The notes: generated from the letters alone by a model not told the origin. Numbered from the stretch's first letter, positions 29,712-40,334 are shown. The stretch is 53,690 nt of DNA from Bacteroidota bacterium (GCA_031423735.1 JANPGA010000182.1:1-53690); one strand, 5' to 3'. Numbers and translations are program-made.

Positions 29712-30881
29712 ATGACAATAACTATAATTGTAATATTTTGTGTCCTTCTTCTCATTGCATACGCTTTTGATTTGACAGCTTCCAAGACGAAAGTCCCATC
29801 AGTAATTCTATTGTTACTGTTGGGTTGGATCGTGAGGCAACTTACAGGATGGTTTAACTCTCAACTTCCGGATTTAACACCCGCTCTTCCTGTTTTAGGA
29901 ACTATAGGATTAATTTTAATTGTGCTTGAAGGTTCTTTAGAACTCGAACTTAACAAATCCAAGTTAGGACTAATTAAAAAATCTTTTTTCGGTGCACTAT
30001 TCCCGATACTTGCTTTAGCTTCCCTGCTTGGATTAGCATTTAGTTATTTTGGGAACTTTGGCTTAAAGGACAGTTTGACCAATGCAATTCCATTTTGTGT
30101 AATAAGTAGCGCCATTGCAATTCCAAGTGTTAGAAATTTATCAGCAACTAACAAAGAGTTCGTGATTTATGAAAGTAGTTTGTCGGATATATTCGGTGTC
30201 CTCCTCTTCAATTTCCTTGCATTAAATGATACTATTGATACATATTCATTTGGGCACTTTGCTATCCAAATTCTGATTATCACTGTTGTTTCATTCATTG
30301 CAACAATAGGACTTTCATTTTTATTAAGTAAAATCGAGCATCACATAAAGTTTATTCCAATAATCCTCCTCGTAGTTTTAATCTATGCAATTTCAAAAAT
30401 ATATCATCTTCCTGGTCTTATTTTTATTTTGATTTTTGGCTTATCGATTGGGAATCTTGATGAGTTGAAAAGATTTAAGTGGATTAATAGATTTAAGCCG
30501 GACGAGTTGAGTAAGGAGGTAGTCAAATTCAAGGAGTTAACAATTGAATGTGCTTTTTTAGTAAGAGCGTTGTTCTTTCTGCTTTTTGGTTACTTAATAG
30601 AAACAGCCGAAGTGCTGAATACAGATACTTTGGTGTGGGCTATTGGTATTGTATTTTTTATTTATGTTTTTCGATTTTTTCAACTTAAAGTTTCTAAACT
30701 GCCTTTGCAACCATTATTGTTTGTTGCACCTAGAGGTCTAATTACTATTTTACTTTTTCTATCTATTGAACCAAACCATACTATTTCATTTGTAAATAAT
30801 TCACTTATCATTCAGGTTGTTATTTTAACTGCCTTTTTGATGATGATAGGATTAATGACCAACAAACCTCAACAAGAGTGA
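29712..30881 (+). CDS. Cation:proton antiporter (Na+/H+ exchanger family)
   Basis: 389 aa with 10-12 TM helices. The N-terminus FDLTASKTKVPSVILLLLLGWIV is typical of CPA-type exchangers. Confidence 0.75.
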   Translation: MTITIIVIFCVLLLIAYAFDLTASKTKVPSVILLLLLGWIVRQLTGWFNSQLPDLTPALPVLGTIGLILIVLEGSLELELNKSKLGLIKKSFFGALFPILALASLLGLAFSYFGNFGLKDSLTNAIPFCVISSAIAIPSVRNLSATNKEFVIYESSLSDIFGVLLFNFLALNDTIDTYSFGHFAIQILIITVVSFIATIGLSFLLSKIEHHIKFIPIILLVVLIYAISKIYHLPGLIFILIFGLSIGNLDELKRFKWINRFKPDELSKEVVKFKELTIECAFLVRALFFLLFGYLIETAEVLNTDTLVWAIGIVFFIYVFRFFQLKVSKLPLQPLLFVAPRGLITILLFLSIEPNHTISFVNNSLIIQVVILTAFLMMIGLMTNKPQQE

Positions 30882-31114
30882 TTAGAAACATATAACATTT
30901 CTTTTTCGAAACTGTATGGGTAGTGTTTTTGTATATTGTTTTTCAAACTTTTATTTATAGATTTGTATAAACGTAGTATTACTACTTAAACATTATGAAG
31001 TATTTTAGATCCTGGTATAGAAGAAATTGTTATTAGTGATTTATCGTTTTATAAATTAAATTCAAAAAAATACTTGTAAAATTCCATCTTCGAATAAAAT
31101 AAAATTCTTTTAAA

Positions 31115-32581
31115 ATGAAAAAAATAATTACTTTACAAATTCTCTTTATTCTATTTTCTATTCAATCAAAAGCTCAAACTGGATTGTACGTTCCACAATT
31201 GGCGGCATTTGATGCAGCAATGACGAATTTATTAAGTACGTATAATATTCCTGGGGGACAGTTGGCGATAACTTATAAAGGCAGGTTAGTATATAACCGA
31301 GGATTTGGTTTTTCTAATACCTCTACACTTGATAGTGTTCAACCCAACAGTATTTTTCGTGTAGCGAGTATTTCAAAAACAGTAACCGGTGTTGCTGTTA
31401 TGAAACTTTATGAACAAGGGTTGATAAATCTTGACGCGAAAGTATTTGGTGCATCAGGAATTTTAAATGATGCCATCTACCAAAACATTTTGGATCCTCA
31501 GGTTAATAACATTACTGTGAGAAATCTGTTGCAACATAGTGGTGGGTGGAACAGCGCTGTATCCGGCGATCCAATGTTTGATGCATATAATATCGCAACT
31601 GTAATGGGCACCACTCCTCCTGCTAATCCCTCTGTTGTAGTACAGTATATTCTTTCACACAAAATGCTTGACTTTGCACCTAATACCCAGTATCAATATT
31701 CGAACTTTGGTTTTTGTGTTTTAGGATTAGTGATTGAAAAAATTACTGGTCAAAGTTATGATGCATATGTAAAATATAATGTGCTAAGTGCGGCAGGAAT
31801 CACTGACATGGAACTTGCATTTAATCTTCAATCAAATAAATTACCTAATGAAGTAAACTATTATGATTATCCGAGTGCTCCTCTTGCCTATTCAGTTTAT
31901 AATAATTTCTCCTTAGTTCCTTGGCCTTATGCTGGATTTAATATTGAAGCAATGGATGCTCATGGTGGCTGGGTAGCATCAGCAGCAGACCTTTGTAAGT
32001 TTATGGTTGCAATTGATAAATACGTTTCTAAACCAGATATCTTATTACCTTCAACTATTGATACACTCATTAAGCCATCTTTAAATAATATTAATTATGG
32101 ATGTGGTATTAATGTTAATGCAAATAACAATTGGTGGCATCTTGGCTCTATTCCCGGTACTACTACAGAATTTGTTGTGAATAGAAATCAACAACTTAAT
32201 TGGGCTATCCTTTGTAATTCTCGTGATAATGGTGGATTAACTTCTACTGCTGTAGATAACTTAGTTTGGAATAATTTAAGTGCGATTTCTAGTTGGCCAA
32301 CTTTTGATTTATTTACCGGTGTTGATGAAATTGAAAACAACTTTACATTTGGTATTTATCCTAATCCATCAAGCAAAATAGCAGAAGTTAAATGTCAAAC
32401 TTCAATCAACAAAAAAACTAATTTAAGAATTTTTGATGTTATTGGGGAGGAAGTTTTTCATACAACAGGAAACAGCAATCTAATTACTATTGATGTGAGT
32501 AAATTTAAAAATGGAATTTATTTTATTCAACTTGAAATTAACAATAAATTAGCAACTCAAAAATTATTGGTTCAACATTAA
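31115..32581 (+). CDS. Serine hydrolase (beta-lactamase/class C family) with T9SS C-terminal sorting domain
   Basis: Signal peptide, S-x-x-K motif (ASISKT) and Y-x-N motif (YSN). The C-terminus is YPNPSS...GIYFIQL. Confidence 0.85.
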   Translation: MKKIITLQILFILFSIQSKAQTGLYVPQLAAFDAAMTNLLSTYNIPGGQLAITYKGRLVYNRGFGFSNTSTLDSVQPNSIFRVASISKTVTGVAVMKLYEQGLINLDAKVFGASGILNDAIYQNILDPQVNNITVRNLLQHSGGWNSAVSGDPMFDAYNIATVMGTTPPANPSVVVQYILSHKMLDFAPNTQYQYSNFGFCVLGLVIEKITGQSYDAYVKYNVLSAAGITDMELAFNLQSNKLPNEVNYYDYPSAPLAYSVYNNFSLVPWPYAGFNIEAMDAHGGWVASAADLCKFMVAIDKYVSKPDILLPSTIDTLIKPSLNNINYGCGINVNANNNWWHLGSIPGTTTEFVVNRNQQLNWAILCNSRDNGGLTSTAVDNLVWNNLSAISSWPTFDLFTGVDEIENNFTFGIYPNPSSKIAEVKCQTSINKKTNLRIFDVIGEEVFHTTGNSNLITIDVSKFKNGIYFIQLEINNKLATQKLLVQH

Positions 32582-32726
32582 TTAAATCTTCTTGTAAAGA
32601 TTTATATGGGTTATCACCAACTTGATAACTCGTTTCATTATTGAAGGTATTTCCATCTTTATGAGCAGTCTAAATTATATAATTGAAACGTATTTTGTCA
32701 TATTTAGCGAATAGAAAGATTATGCA

Positions 32727-32754
32727 ATGATAATTATTCTGAAATAATTATCAT
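32727..32754. repeat. Perfect 12-bp inverted repeat ATGATAATTATT-CTGA-AATAATTATCAT
   Basis: Seen directly, about 100 nt upstream of the 32853 ATG and 145 nt downstream of the previous stop. Could be an operator or a weak terminator. Confidence 0.6.
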
Positions 32755-32852
32755 TTGTTAAAGAAGAGAGGATATTAAACAAACTCCATTGGGTTTTAAT
32801 TTAAGTAATGTTGCTAGATATTTAATGTAACGATACTTCTAAAATAAGTGAA

Positions 32853-34631
32853 ATGAAAGGGATATTAAACTACATAAATCGAACTCATTTTGTTTTAATT
32901 TTGCTTTGCGCATTTCTTCTTGTTTTTGAATCAAGCATAAAAGCTCAAGTAACACGTAAAGTTTTATTTTTAGGCAACAGCTACACAGGAGTTAATAATT
33001 TACCACAACTTGTACATGATGTTGCTTTGTCGGTGGGTGATACTTTAGTTTTTGATAGCAATACGCCAGGTGGATATCAATTAATAAATCATAGCCAAGA
33101 TGTTACAAGCCAAGCAAAAATAATGAACGGTGGTTGGGATTATGTAGTACTTCAAGGACAAAGTCAGGAGCCTATTGTGCTATCCAATCAATTTATTAGT
33201 GGTGCCTCTTTTTTAGCGAATCAGATAAAACAGTATAATTCATGTGCAGTAATAATGCCCTACATGACCTGGGGAAGAAAAAATGGTGACGCAAATAATT
33301 GCCCTAGTTTCCCTATAGTTTGTACTTATCAAGGAATGGACACAACCCTGAGAGATCGTTATTTGAATCTTACAGCATCTATTCATGGAGAGGTTTCACC
33401 TGTTTCTGTAGTTTGGAATTACTTAATACAAAACTATCCAAACATTAATTTGTACCAATCAGACGAAAGTCATCCATCAGCAGAAGGATCGTATGCCGCA
33501 GCTTGTTGTTTTTATGCAATGCTTTTTAAAAAGGATCCTACTTTGATTACTTTTAATTTTGGATTAAATGTTACGGATGCTTCTATCATAAAAAGTGCAG
33601 CTAAAATGCAAGTGTTCGATAATTTACAATTATGGGATTTTAAGGCGCTGCCAATTGCTGGGATTCGATTTCAAATTGGTCCCGGAAATAATGAAGTAAT
33701 TTTTAATGCAGCTAACTTAGGAAATAATGAAACTTGTTTGTGGGATTTTGGCGATGGAAATACTTCTTCTATGTCTTATTCTCCACATTCTTATTTAACT
33801 GATGGAACATACACCGTTACACTAACTACAACAAATTGCGATTTGCAAGGATTACACACGAGCTTTGCAGATACTTTAATTCAATTTTGTAGCCACACTC
33901 CAACCGTTTATACCTCTCAACCCTGGGTGTGTAATTTCGATACACTTTGGACTCAACCAGCAGACTCCTATCAATGGCTAGTATACGGAAATCCTATACC
34001 TGAAACAAATCAATACCTTGCGAATTATTTACAGTATGGTATTTCGGGTTTTTCTGTAATTTCTACTTTAAATGGTTGTGCTGAATTATCACAAGAGTCT
34101 ACAGATACCCCTGTTTGGTCAGGCTATTATTTTGATGCTTTAGGAAACCCTTGTATAGGAGATACAGTAAAGTTTGCTGTTTTAAATATCAATGGATTTT
34201 TATCGGGATTAGAAAATATTCTTTGGTTTAAAAATGATACGCTATTGCCTTTAATGACCAACGAAGACACTTTATTTATTACTAGCGATGGGAAATACGA
34301 ATGCAAGGTTATTGACCCGAACTCTAACTGTCCATTAGACACTACTTCTTATTCTATTAATTATAATTGCAATGTAATTAGTGTTAAAGAAAATGATCAG
34401 GAAGTAATTTGGAGCCTATATCCTAACCCGGCATCTGAAATTATATCTATTAAAATTTCCAACAACAAAAAAGGAGAAATGATTCAAATTTATAATTCCG
34501 TAGGACAATTAGTAAAAGCAAAGGAGATAATTGAAACAGCAGAAATTAAAATTGATGATTTACAAAAGGGTGTTTATTTTGTCCTGATAAAAGGCAATAA
34601 ACATCATCCGTTAAAATTTATTAAACTGTAG
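32853..34631 (+). CDS. Secreted SGNH-like/PKD-domain protein with T9SS C-terminal sorting domain
   Basis: Signal peptide, an N-terminal VLFLGNSYT block (SGNH-like) and a PKD domain (WDFGDGNTSS...HSYLTDGTYTVTLT). The C-terminus is YPNPASE...GVYFVLI. Confidence 0.75.
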   Translation: MKGILNYINRTHFVLILLCAFLLVFESSIKAQVTRKVLFLGNSYTGVNNLPQLVHDVALSVGDTLVFDSNTPGGYQLINHSQDVTSQAKIMNGGWDYVVLQGQSQEPIVLSNQFISGASFLANQIKQYNSCAVIMPYMTWGRKNGDANNCPSFPIVCTYQGMDTTLRDRYLNLTASIHGEVSPVSVVWNYLIQNYPNINLYQSDESHPSAEGSYAAACCFYAMLFKKDPTLITFNFGLNVTDASIIKSAAKMQVFDNLQLWDFKALPIAGIRFQIGPGNNEVIFNAANLGNNETCLWDFGDGNTSSMSYSPHSYLTDGTYTVTLTTTNCDLQGLHTSFADTLIQFCSHTPTVYTSQPWVCNFDTLWTQPADSYQWLVYGNPIPETNQYLANYLQYGISGFSVISTLNGCAELSQESTDTPVWSGYYFDALGNPCIGDTVKFAVLNINGFLSGLENILWFKNDTLLPLMTNEDTLFITSDGKYECKVIDPNSNCPLDTTSYSINYNCNVISVKENDQEVIWSLYPNPASEIISIKISNNKKGEMIQIYNSVGQLVKAKEIIETAEIKIDDLQKGVYFVLIKGNKHHPLKFIKL

Positions 34632-34658
34632 TAGATAATTAAAAATAATTTCAACACA

Positions 34659-35186
34659 ATGAAAAAAACAATTTTAATTATATTAACCATTTCGATATCG
34701 TTCTGTTTTGGTTATGCATTTAAAGCAACTATCGCCAATCAAGAAAATGATAAGGTTGCTATAAAAAAAGTGACGGGCATTGGTGGTATCTTTTTTAAAT
34801 GTAAAGACCCGAAAAAGATGAGAGAATGGTATCAAACTAACCTTGGATTGAGCACCAACAATTATGGTTCTGTATTTGAATGGTATCAAGGTGCAGATAG
34901 CACAAAAAAGGGATTTACTCAATGGAGTCCCTTTGGTGAAAAAACAAAATACTTTGAACCTTCAACCAAAGACTTTATGATTAATTACAGAGTTGAAAAT
35001 TTAGAGGCACTTATTACAGAATTTAAAAAAAGTGGAGTAACTGTTGTTGACACCATGGAAGTAGTTGACTATGGAAAATTTGTTCATATACTCGACATAG
35101 AAGGAAACAAAATTGAACTATGGGAGCCTAACGATATTGAATATGAAAAAATGGGTGATCAAATGGGGTTAAAGACAACGAAATAG
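34659..35186 (+). CDS. VOC (glyoxalase/bleomycin-resistance fold) family protein, secreted or lipoprotein
   Basis: 175 aa. N-terminal hydrophobic leader, and a C-terminus FVHILDIEGNKIELWEP typical of VOC proteins. Confidence 0.7.
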   Translation: MKKTILIILTISISFCFGYAFKATIANQENDKVAIKKVTGIGGIFFKCKDPKKMREWYQTNLGLSTNNYGSVFEWYQGADSTKKGFTQWSPFGEKTKYFEPSTKDFMINYRVENLEALITEFKKSGVTVVDTMEVVDYGKFVHILDIEGNKIELWEPNDIEYEKMGDQMGLKTTK

Positions 35187-35326
35187 AAGATCGATAAACA
35201 ATTAACAATTATTAGTTATAGAATCATTGTTAATATTAATGGGAGTGTAAATTAAACGGTGTAGCAACAATTTATTGGGGTAATTGGGTAATTAGTCTAT
35301 CAGTAATTCTTGATGCTGCATTTTAA

Positions 35327-37360
35327 TCAACGGAACGGAGTAAATTCTTTTTCCTTTTTATATAGCTCGCTGATTTTTTCTCTTAAAAGTAAATTAATGT
35401 TGCTGAGCGATCCTGAGTAGGAAGCCCTGTCAACAAAAAATTTTCCGTTTGAGGTGTTAAATGATTTAAAGCGAACTAATCCGTTCGATTTGTAAGTCGT
35501 TGCATCAAACATTTCAAATTTCATTACGTGGTGGCGTGTCAAAAGTTTCCAGATGCCGGGATATAAAAACAATATATTTTTATTTCTGATCATAATTTCA
35601 GGATTTTCGGGCTTCTGACGCTGCATAGAAATCCAATACATGCTGTCGCGGCCGTCAGCTCTGCGGCTGTCTTCCAATTCTTTTGAGGTTTTAAAGTTAT
35701 CCAATGCGTATTGCAGATTTTTCAATTCAACAAAACCATTAATATTTTCTTTTTGCATTTCGACTATTGAAATGAATTCCTTTAAAGGAAATTTTTCATG
35801 ATACCATTTCGCAAAGTCATCAGTATATTTTGCATTCATTTCCTGGGAACTAATGAAGTTATAGTAGTAACTATGTTTCCGTTCAGAGTAAGCAGCAAAG
35901 CCATTAAATATAACTAAGCCTCCTCCATCGTTTGCTCCCAAGCCATAATTTTTATTCATCATATCATTGGCATAACCTATATGTTTTGAACCAGGATTGC
36001 CAATGTATTCCTCAAAGCATTTTCTTGCAGCTATCGTTTGTTGCTTCCATTCGTAATAAAGTGCAAGTGATAAAAGTGTTTCAGGATTTTTTTTTGCAGC
36101 AGCAAGCGCAGTAAAATATTGGAATGCCTGCTCATAGCTTTCAAATGCTTTAATGGGGTCATTAAAAAGCTCTTTGTTTAATTGGGCTGTAATAGCAGTA
36201 TCGCCATTTAAAGAATTTATATCATGAAGTATGCCTGTGCCACCGTCAAAGATTGGTTTGTTAGAATCATCGGTAAGAAACCCCGCCTTCTTAATTGAAG
36301 GATTGATGTACATTAATCTTCGTATCCCTTCAGTTAGATAAAAAAGATATTGAGAGTTTTGCCTGTCACCTAAATGATAAAGAAATGCTTTGCGAATACA
36401 CTCTTTATAATCACTTTCATTTAATAAAACTTCAAGCGTTTCTATTTTTGCTTGGGCACTAAGTTTTTCAAATGTTTGTTTATTTACAATGTACTCAGCG
36501 CCATTATCTGTTGCACGGTGCAGTTGCATATACTGCTTTAAATAGCTGATGCGCTCATTTATCTGAGGGTGTGATGACAGCAAATCATCAAGACTGTCAA
36601 CATCCACATTGTCGTCCGGGTCAACATAAATCAACCACTTGAGGCTGTTCCACGAAAATTGCGATTTAATCCAGTCTTCCTCAAATTTAAATTGCGCAAA
36701 GTTGCTTAGCCCGGCTGTTAACGAATATCCTGCTGCCGCTGCAAGCGAGAAACCGGTGCTATCGGCAGTGCGCTCCTGCAATTTATTATTATGCGATGAG
36801 TTGATGAGCAGTTTAAGATAAGGTCTGCTAGATTTCCTATGCGCTGTTTTAAGATGATTAATAAATGTATGGAGGTAATCACTATTTAAATAATGCGATA
36901 ACTCATGCCCAAGTATAATTGCTATTGATGATTCATCTTTCATCTCTGCGAGCAACCCTATATTGAAATAAATATTGCCATCGTTAAACGTAAATGCATT
37001 CTTATCAGCTATGCGCGTAAGGTAAACATGTGTTTTGTCGCCACCTTTAAGCGAATCATCAAGCAGAGTTTGTAACACACGGTTCAGGTAATCTTCGGCC
37101 TCATGCCAGTTAAAATAAATTTTTGCATTATCAATCAAACTCTTGTGCTGGTAAACTATTTCTTCGGCATACAGTGCCAACTCCTTAGCAGACGCTCCGC
37201 GTATCTTCTGCGAAACAATCTTATCATACTCTTCTTTTGCATTTAGGTTATAACTATCAGGCACACGGTCGGGGAAAGTATAAGGCACATAGTTGCTGTC
37301 AGGCTGCGCATATACACAGGTAGCAATCAGCATCAAGAAATAAAAAAATATGAAACGCAT
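35327..37360 (-). CDS. M48-family zinc metallopeptidase with long helical-repeat C-terminal extension
   Basis: HExxH as ILGHELSHY. Signal peptide MRFIFFYFLMLIATCVYAQ from the ATG at 37360 (the track starts at a TTG at 37372). A perfect TActTTTG box lies at 37377-37370 on the minus strand. Confidence 0.8.
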   Translation of the reverse strand: MRFIFFYFLMLIATCVYAQPDSNYVPYTFPDRVPDSYNLNAKEEYDKIVSQKIRGASAKELALYAEEIVYQHKSLIDNAKIYFNWHEAEDYLNRVLQTLLDDSLKGGDKTHVYLTRIADKNAFTFNDGNIYFNIGLLAEMKDESSIAIILGHELSHYLNSDYLHTFINHLKTAHRKSSRPYLKLLINSSHNNKLQERTADSTGFSLAAAAGYSLTAGLSNFAQFKFEEDWIKSQFSWNSLKWLIYVDPDDNVDVDSLDDLLSSHPQINERISYLKQYMQLHRATDNGAEYIVNKQTFEKLSAQAKIETLEVLLNESDYKECIRKAFLYHLGDRQNSQYLFYLTEGIRRLMYINPSIKKAGFLTDDSNKPIFDGGTGILHDINSLNGDTAITAQLNKELFNDPIKAFESYEQAFQYFTALAAAKKNPETLLSLALYYEWKQQTIAARKCFEEYIGNPGSKHIGYANDMMNKNYGLGANDGGGLVIFNGFAAYSERKHSYYYNFISSQEMNAKYTDDFAKWYHEKFPLKEFISIVEMQKENINGFVELKNLQYALDNFKTSKELEDSRRADGRDSMYWISMQRQKPENPEIMIRNKNILFLYPGIWKLLTRHHVMKFEMFDATTYKSNGLVRFKSFNTSNGKFFVDRASYSGSLSNINLLLREKISELYKKEKEFTPFR

Positions 37361-37518
37361 TTTTTTTGACAAAAGTAGGCAAATAAGGAATTAGGTGAAT
37401 GTCATTAAGTTTAAGGAAATAAATGCACGAGTGTGAGCTCGGCAAAGCCGTTTAGCTAATGCTTCGTTGCGTCTGGAGGACGCACAATGAAGCCTATGTT
37501 GCACGGAAGCATGCAGCG

Positions 37519-37546
37519 ATGGAGAGTGCATTATGGAGATTGCATT
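37519..37546 (+). repeat. Tandem 14-nt repeat ATGGAGAGTGCATT / ATGGAGATTGCATT
   Basis: Two adjacent units, 13 of 14 positions identical, in a non-coding GC-richer stretch. Confidence 0.7.
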
Positions 37547-37748
37547 TATGCAATCGAAGTGAAAAATAGCCTTCCTTATTTTATTTACTTTAAAAAGTTG
37601 TTATAAAAAACGTATCAACGCATTGGCGCAATATTTAAGAATAGCTTTCTAAAGTTACTAATTGTTGTTGAAAAATTTGGAGGGTGTAAAACGACTTAAA
37701 ATCGATCTGTTTAAATACAAAATGAACTATCCTTTTATAATCTGGAGT

Positions 37749-37973
37749 CTACTTTTTAAGTTTTGCTAACAGATCTTCTAATCCGAGAATATTAATTGAT
37801 CATTTGGTGTTGTAAACAATCATTATTAAACTCCATTCTCTATTCACTTTTTCTAATCCAATTAAATTTGTGTGATTATTTCCCCATTTACGTTTTATTG
37901 TTCCGAAAATATGCTCGTTGATTTCTTGTCGTTGGCGATAAGGTGCTTTTGTGGTTTTTTGCGATTGTTTCAT
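37749..37973 (-). mobile_element. Remnant of an IS1182/IS5-type DDE transposase gene (C-terminal ~75 codons only, with in-frame TGA)
   Basis: The reverse strand reads MKQSQKTTKAPYRQRQEINEHIFGTIKRKWGNNHTNLIGLEKVNREWSLIMIVYNTK*SINILGLEDLLAKLKK*. The E-H-x-F-G-x-x-K-x-x-x-G block and YN...INILG tail are the conserved C-terminus of these transposases. A stop lies immediately upstream of the Met, and the TGA at 37802-37800 is in frame. Confidence 0.7.
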
Positions 37974-38164
37974 TCATACCTCTTAATTTTATTGTAGATA
38001 CGAATTACTCATGGAAATTATCTATTTTTAAGGGATTACTTATAAACAAAATTAATAGTGGAATGGGGAGTTAATTCACACTCTGCCGTTATCTGCAATC
38101 CTATGGCACCCTGCAAACTTTAAACCGACTGCAAGAAACGAACTGACAAAATCAAATAATAATA

Positions 38165-38857
38165 GTGGAACAAAACAACGAAACCGAGACACCCCAAAAA
38201 GAGAAGACACCATTTTTAAAATGGAATGGTGAGTTCAATTTTGGCAACCTCTTGACTATTTTGGTTATTGTCATTGCGGTTTTCGGACTTTACTATCAGA
38301 AGCGAATTGTTGAAACTAAAGTTGACGACTTGCAGACCGTTGTTGCGAAACTTGAAGAAGAAAAACTTAACCGAGAGTGGCAAGGACTTCAAGGAGATGA
38401 AAAGGCACTCAATTCGTTTTCATATAATCTTGGCTACACAGTTGACCAGTTTAGAGCAACGGGACAAATAATTAATTACGAGTTTGAGTTTATACTTACA
38501 GAATTTAACGAGCTAATTGACTTGTCGCTTAAACGAAAAGACCTAACTCAAGGAGAAAGGAAAAAATTGGAACTATTGAAAGAACGAAACTTGAATAAAA
38601 AGGATGTGTTTTTAAATGCCGACATTTATGAAAGTAGAATAACAGAGTTTGAAGAAAAGAATGCACCTAAAAAGGAAAGTTACAAATCCATAGAAGAGTA
38701 TAATATAGCACGGACAATTTACAACGATACATTACAGAAGCACATTAATATTTTGAAACATCTTCTTGACAGTTTTTTAACTCAACCAGTAAAGAAGTTA
38801 AGCAGCATGAACTTGAATTTCTTGAACTACAAAAGAAAAACCAACCGTAAATTATAG
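38165..38857 (+). CDS. Hypothetical membrane-anchored coiled-coil protein
   Basis: 230-aa ORF that needs a GTG start. One TM helix (LLTILVIVIAVFGLYY), then charged helical sequence. I recognise no family. Confidence 0.5.
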   Translation: MEQNNETETPQKEKTPFLKWNGEFNFGNLLTILVIVIAVFGLYYQKRIVETKVDDLQTVVAKLEEEKLNREWQGLQGDEKALNSFSYNLGYTVDQFRATGQIINYEFEFILTEFNELIDLSLKRKDLTQGERKKLELLKERNLNKKDVFLNADIYESRITEFEEKNAPKKESYKSIEEYNIARTIYNDTLQKHINILKHLLDSFLTQPVKKLSSMNLNFLNYKRKTNRKL

Positions 38858-38998
38858 AAATAACATGCAAACTCATACGGACACCGCCTTTAATGTAAAT
38901 CGCTTTGAACACAGTTGTGGTTATACAAACGGTCGTGCTTTTAAACCCTTCTATTTTTTACTTCTTTAACCTCTTCTTCGTGTGTACAATTAAAAAAA

Positions 38999-40035
38999 AT
39001 GAAAAAAACAAGATTTGAAGAGTTAGATGCTCTAAGAGGAGTGGCAGCCCTATTTGTGGTTTTCTTTCACTATACATTGAGTAGACCACAAGCTGATTTG
39101 GGTTTTAAATTAGGTTCTACTGGAGTAGACTTATTTTTTATTATTAGCGGGTTTGTTATCTTACTAAGCCTTGAACATGTTGAAAAACCCGGACAATTTA
39201 TAATAAATAGAATATGCAGATTGTATCCGACTTATTGGGCAAGTGTAACCATATCATTTTCAATATTATTAATGCATGCCATATTTAAAATGGATTTTAG
39301 TAAATTGATATTATTCAATACTTAGGTAATATGACAATGTTTCAATTTTACTTAGGTATCTCAAATTTAGATGGTCCATATTGGACTATGATTATTGAAA
39401 TGCTATTTTATATCCTTCTGGTAATATTATTTCAATTTAAACTTTTAAAAAGTTTAAACAGTATTGGAATGGCATTGACTATTTTAATTGTTTTAATTAC
39501 TCATTACCTATTTAATAATAATCTGGTATATCTCATTTTTAATGGAGTTCCTATTCTGCAGTTCTGGCCATTGTTTTTCAGTGGTATCTTATTTTACAAA
39601 ATAATTGAGAAAAACGTAAATAAAACTAAATATTATAGTATGATAATTCTTTGCTTAATTTCTCAAATAGTTCTTTTCGATTACTCTGGAAGATCTAAGG
39701 ATTTTATAGACTATTGGGAATATGCGTTTATGCTAATTTCTTATTTTTCTTTATTTACTCTATTTGTCAATGGTAAGCTCAGATTCATTATCAATAAGCC
39801 CTCATTATTTTTTGGTAAAATCTCTTATGCATTCTATTTAACCCATCAAATGATATCATATGGTTTCATTATACCAATCCTAACAAACAAGTTGAATCTT
39901 AATTTTTGGATAGCTTCAACTATTGCACTATTTTGTTCTATAGGTCTAGCTACTTTTGTAACTTATTTCATTGAAATTCCCTACAGCAAAAAAATGAGGA
40001 ATAAACTGTACACAATACTATATAAACGGCAATAA
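38999..40035 (+). pseudogene. Acyltransferase family 3 (OafA-like) gene split by a frameshift
   Basis: ORFs 38999-39325 and 39331-40035 together form one acyltransferase-3 protein (ELDALRGVAALFVVFFH ... DGPYWTMIIEMLFYILL ...). The second frame is open from 39304, so the frame switch lies between 39304 and 39325. Confidence 0.8.
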
Positions 40036-40334
40036 AACGATCGTTTACACTAATTGTTGGTGGCTAGTTTTTTGTAACACTAGAGAATTCAAGAAAATAA
40101 CCCAACATCGAAAAAAATTATCTTTGTTGAATTTAAACAAATACGAAATGAGTATCCAAAGAAACAAATTATTTTATTTGGCGACAATTGGAATCTTCTC
40201 TTACGTTGTTGCCGACATTATACATGAAGTAATAGGAGTCGGCGGGACTTGTTTAATCTTTCAAATATATTTAATAAAATGGGTGATTTTATCTTTCTTT
40301 TAGGTATTAAGATAAAAATAACATCAATATTGCC

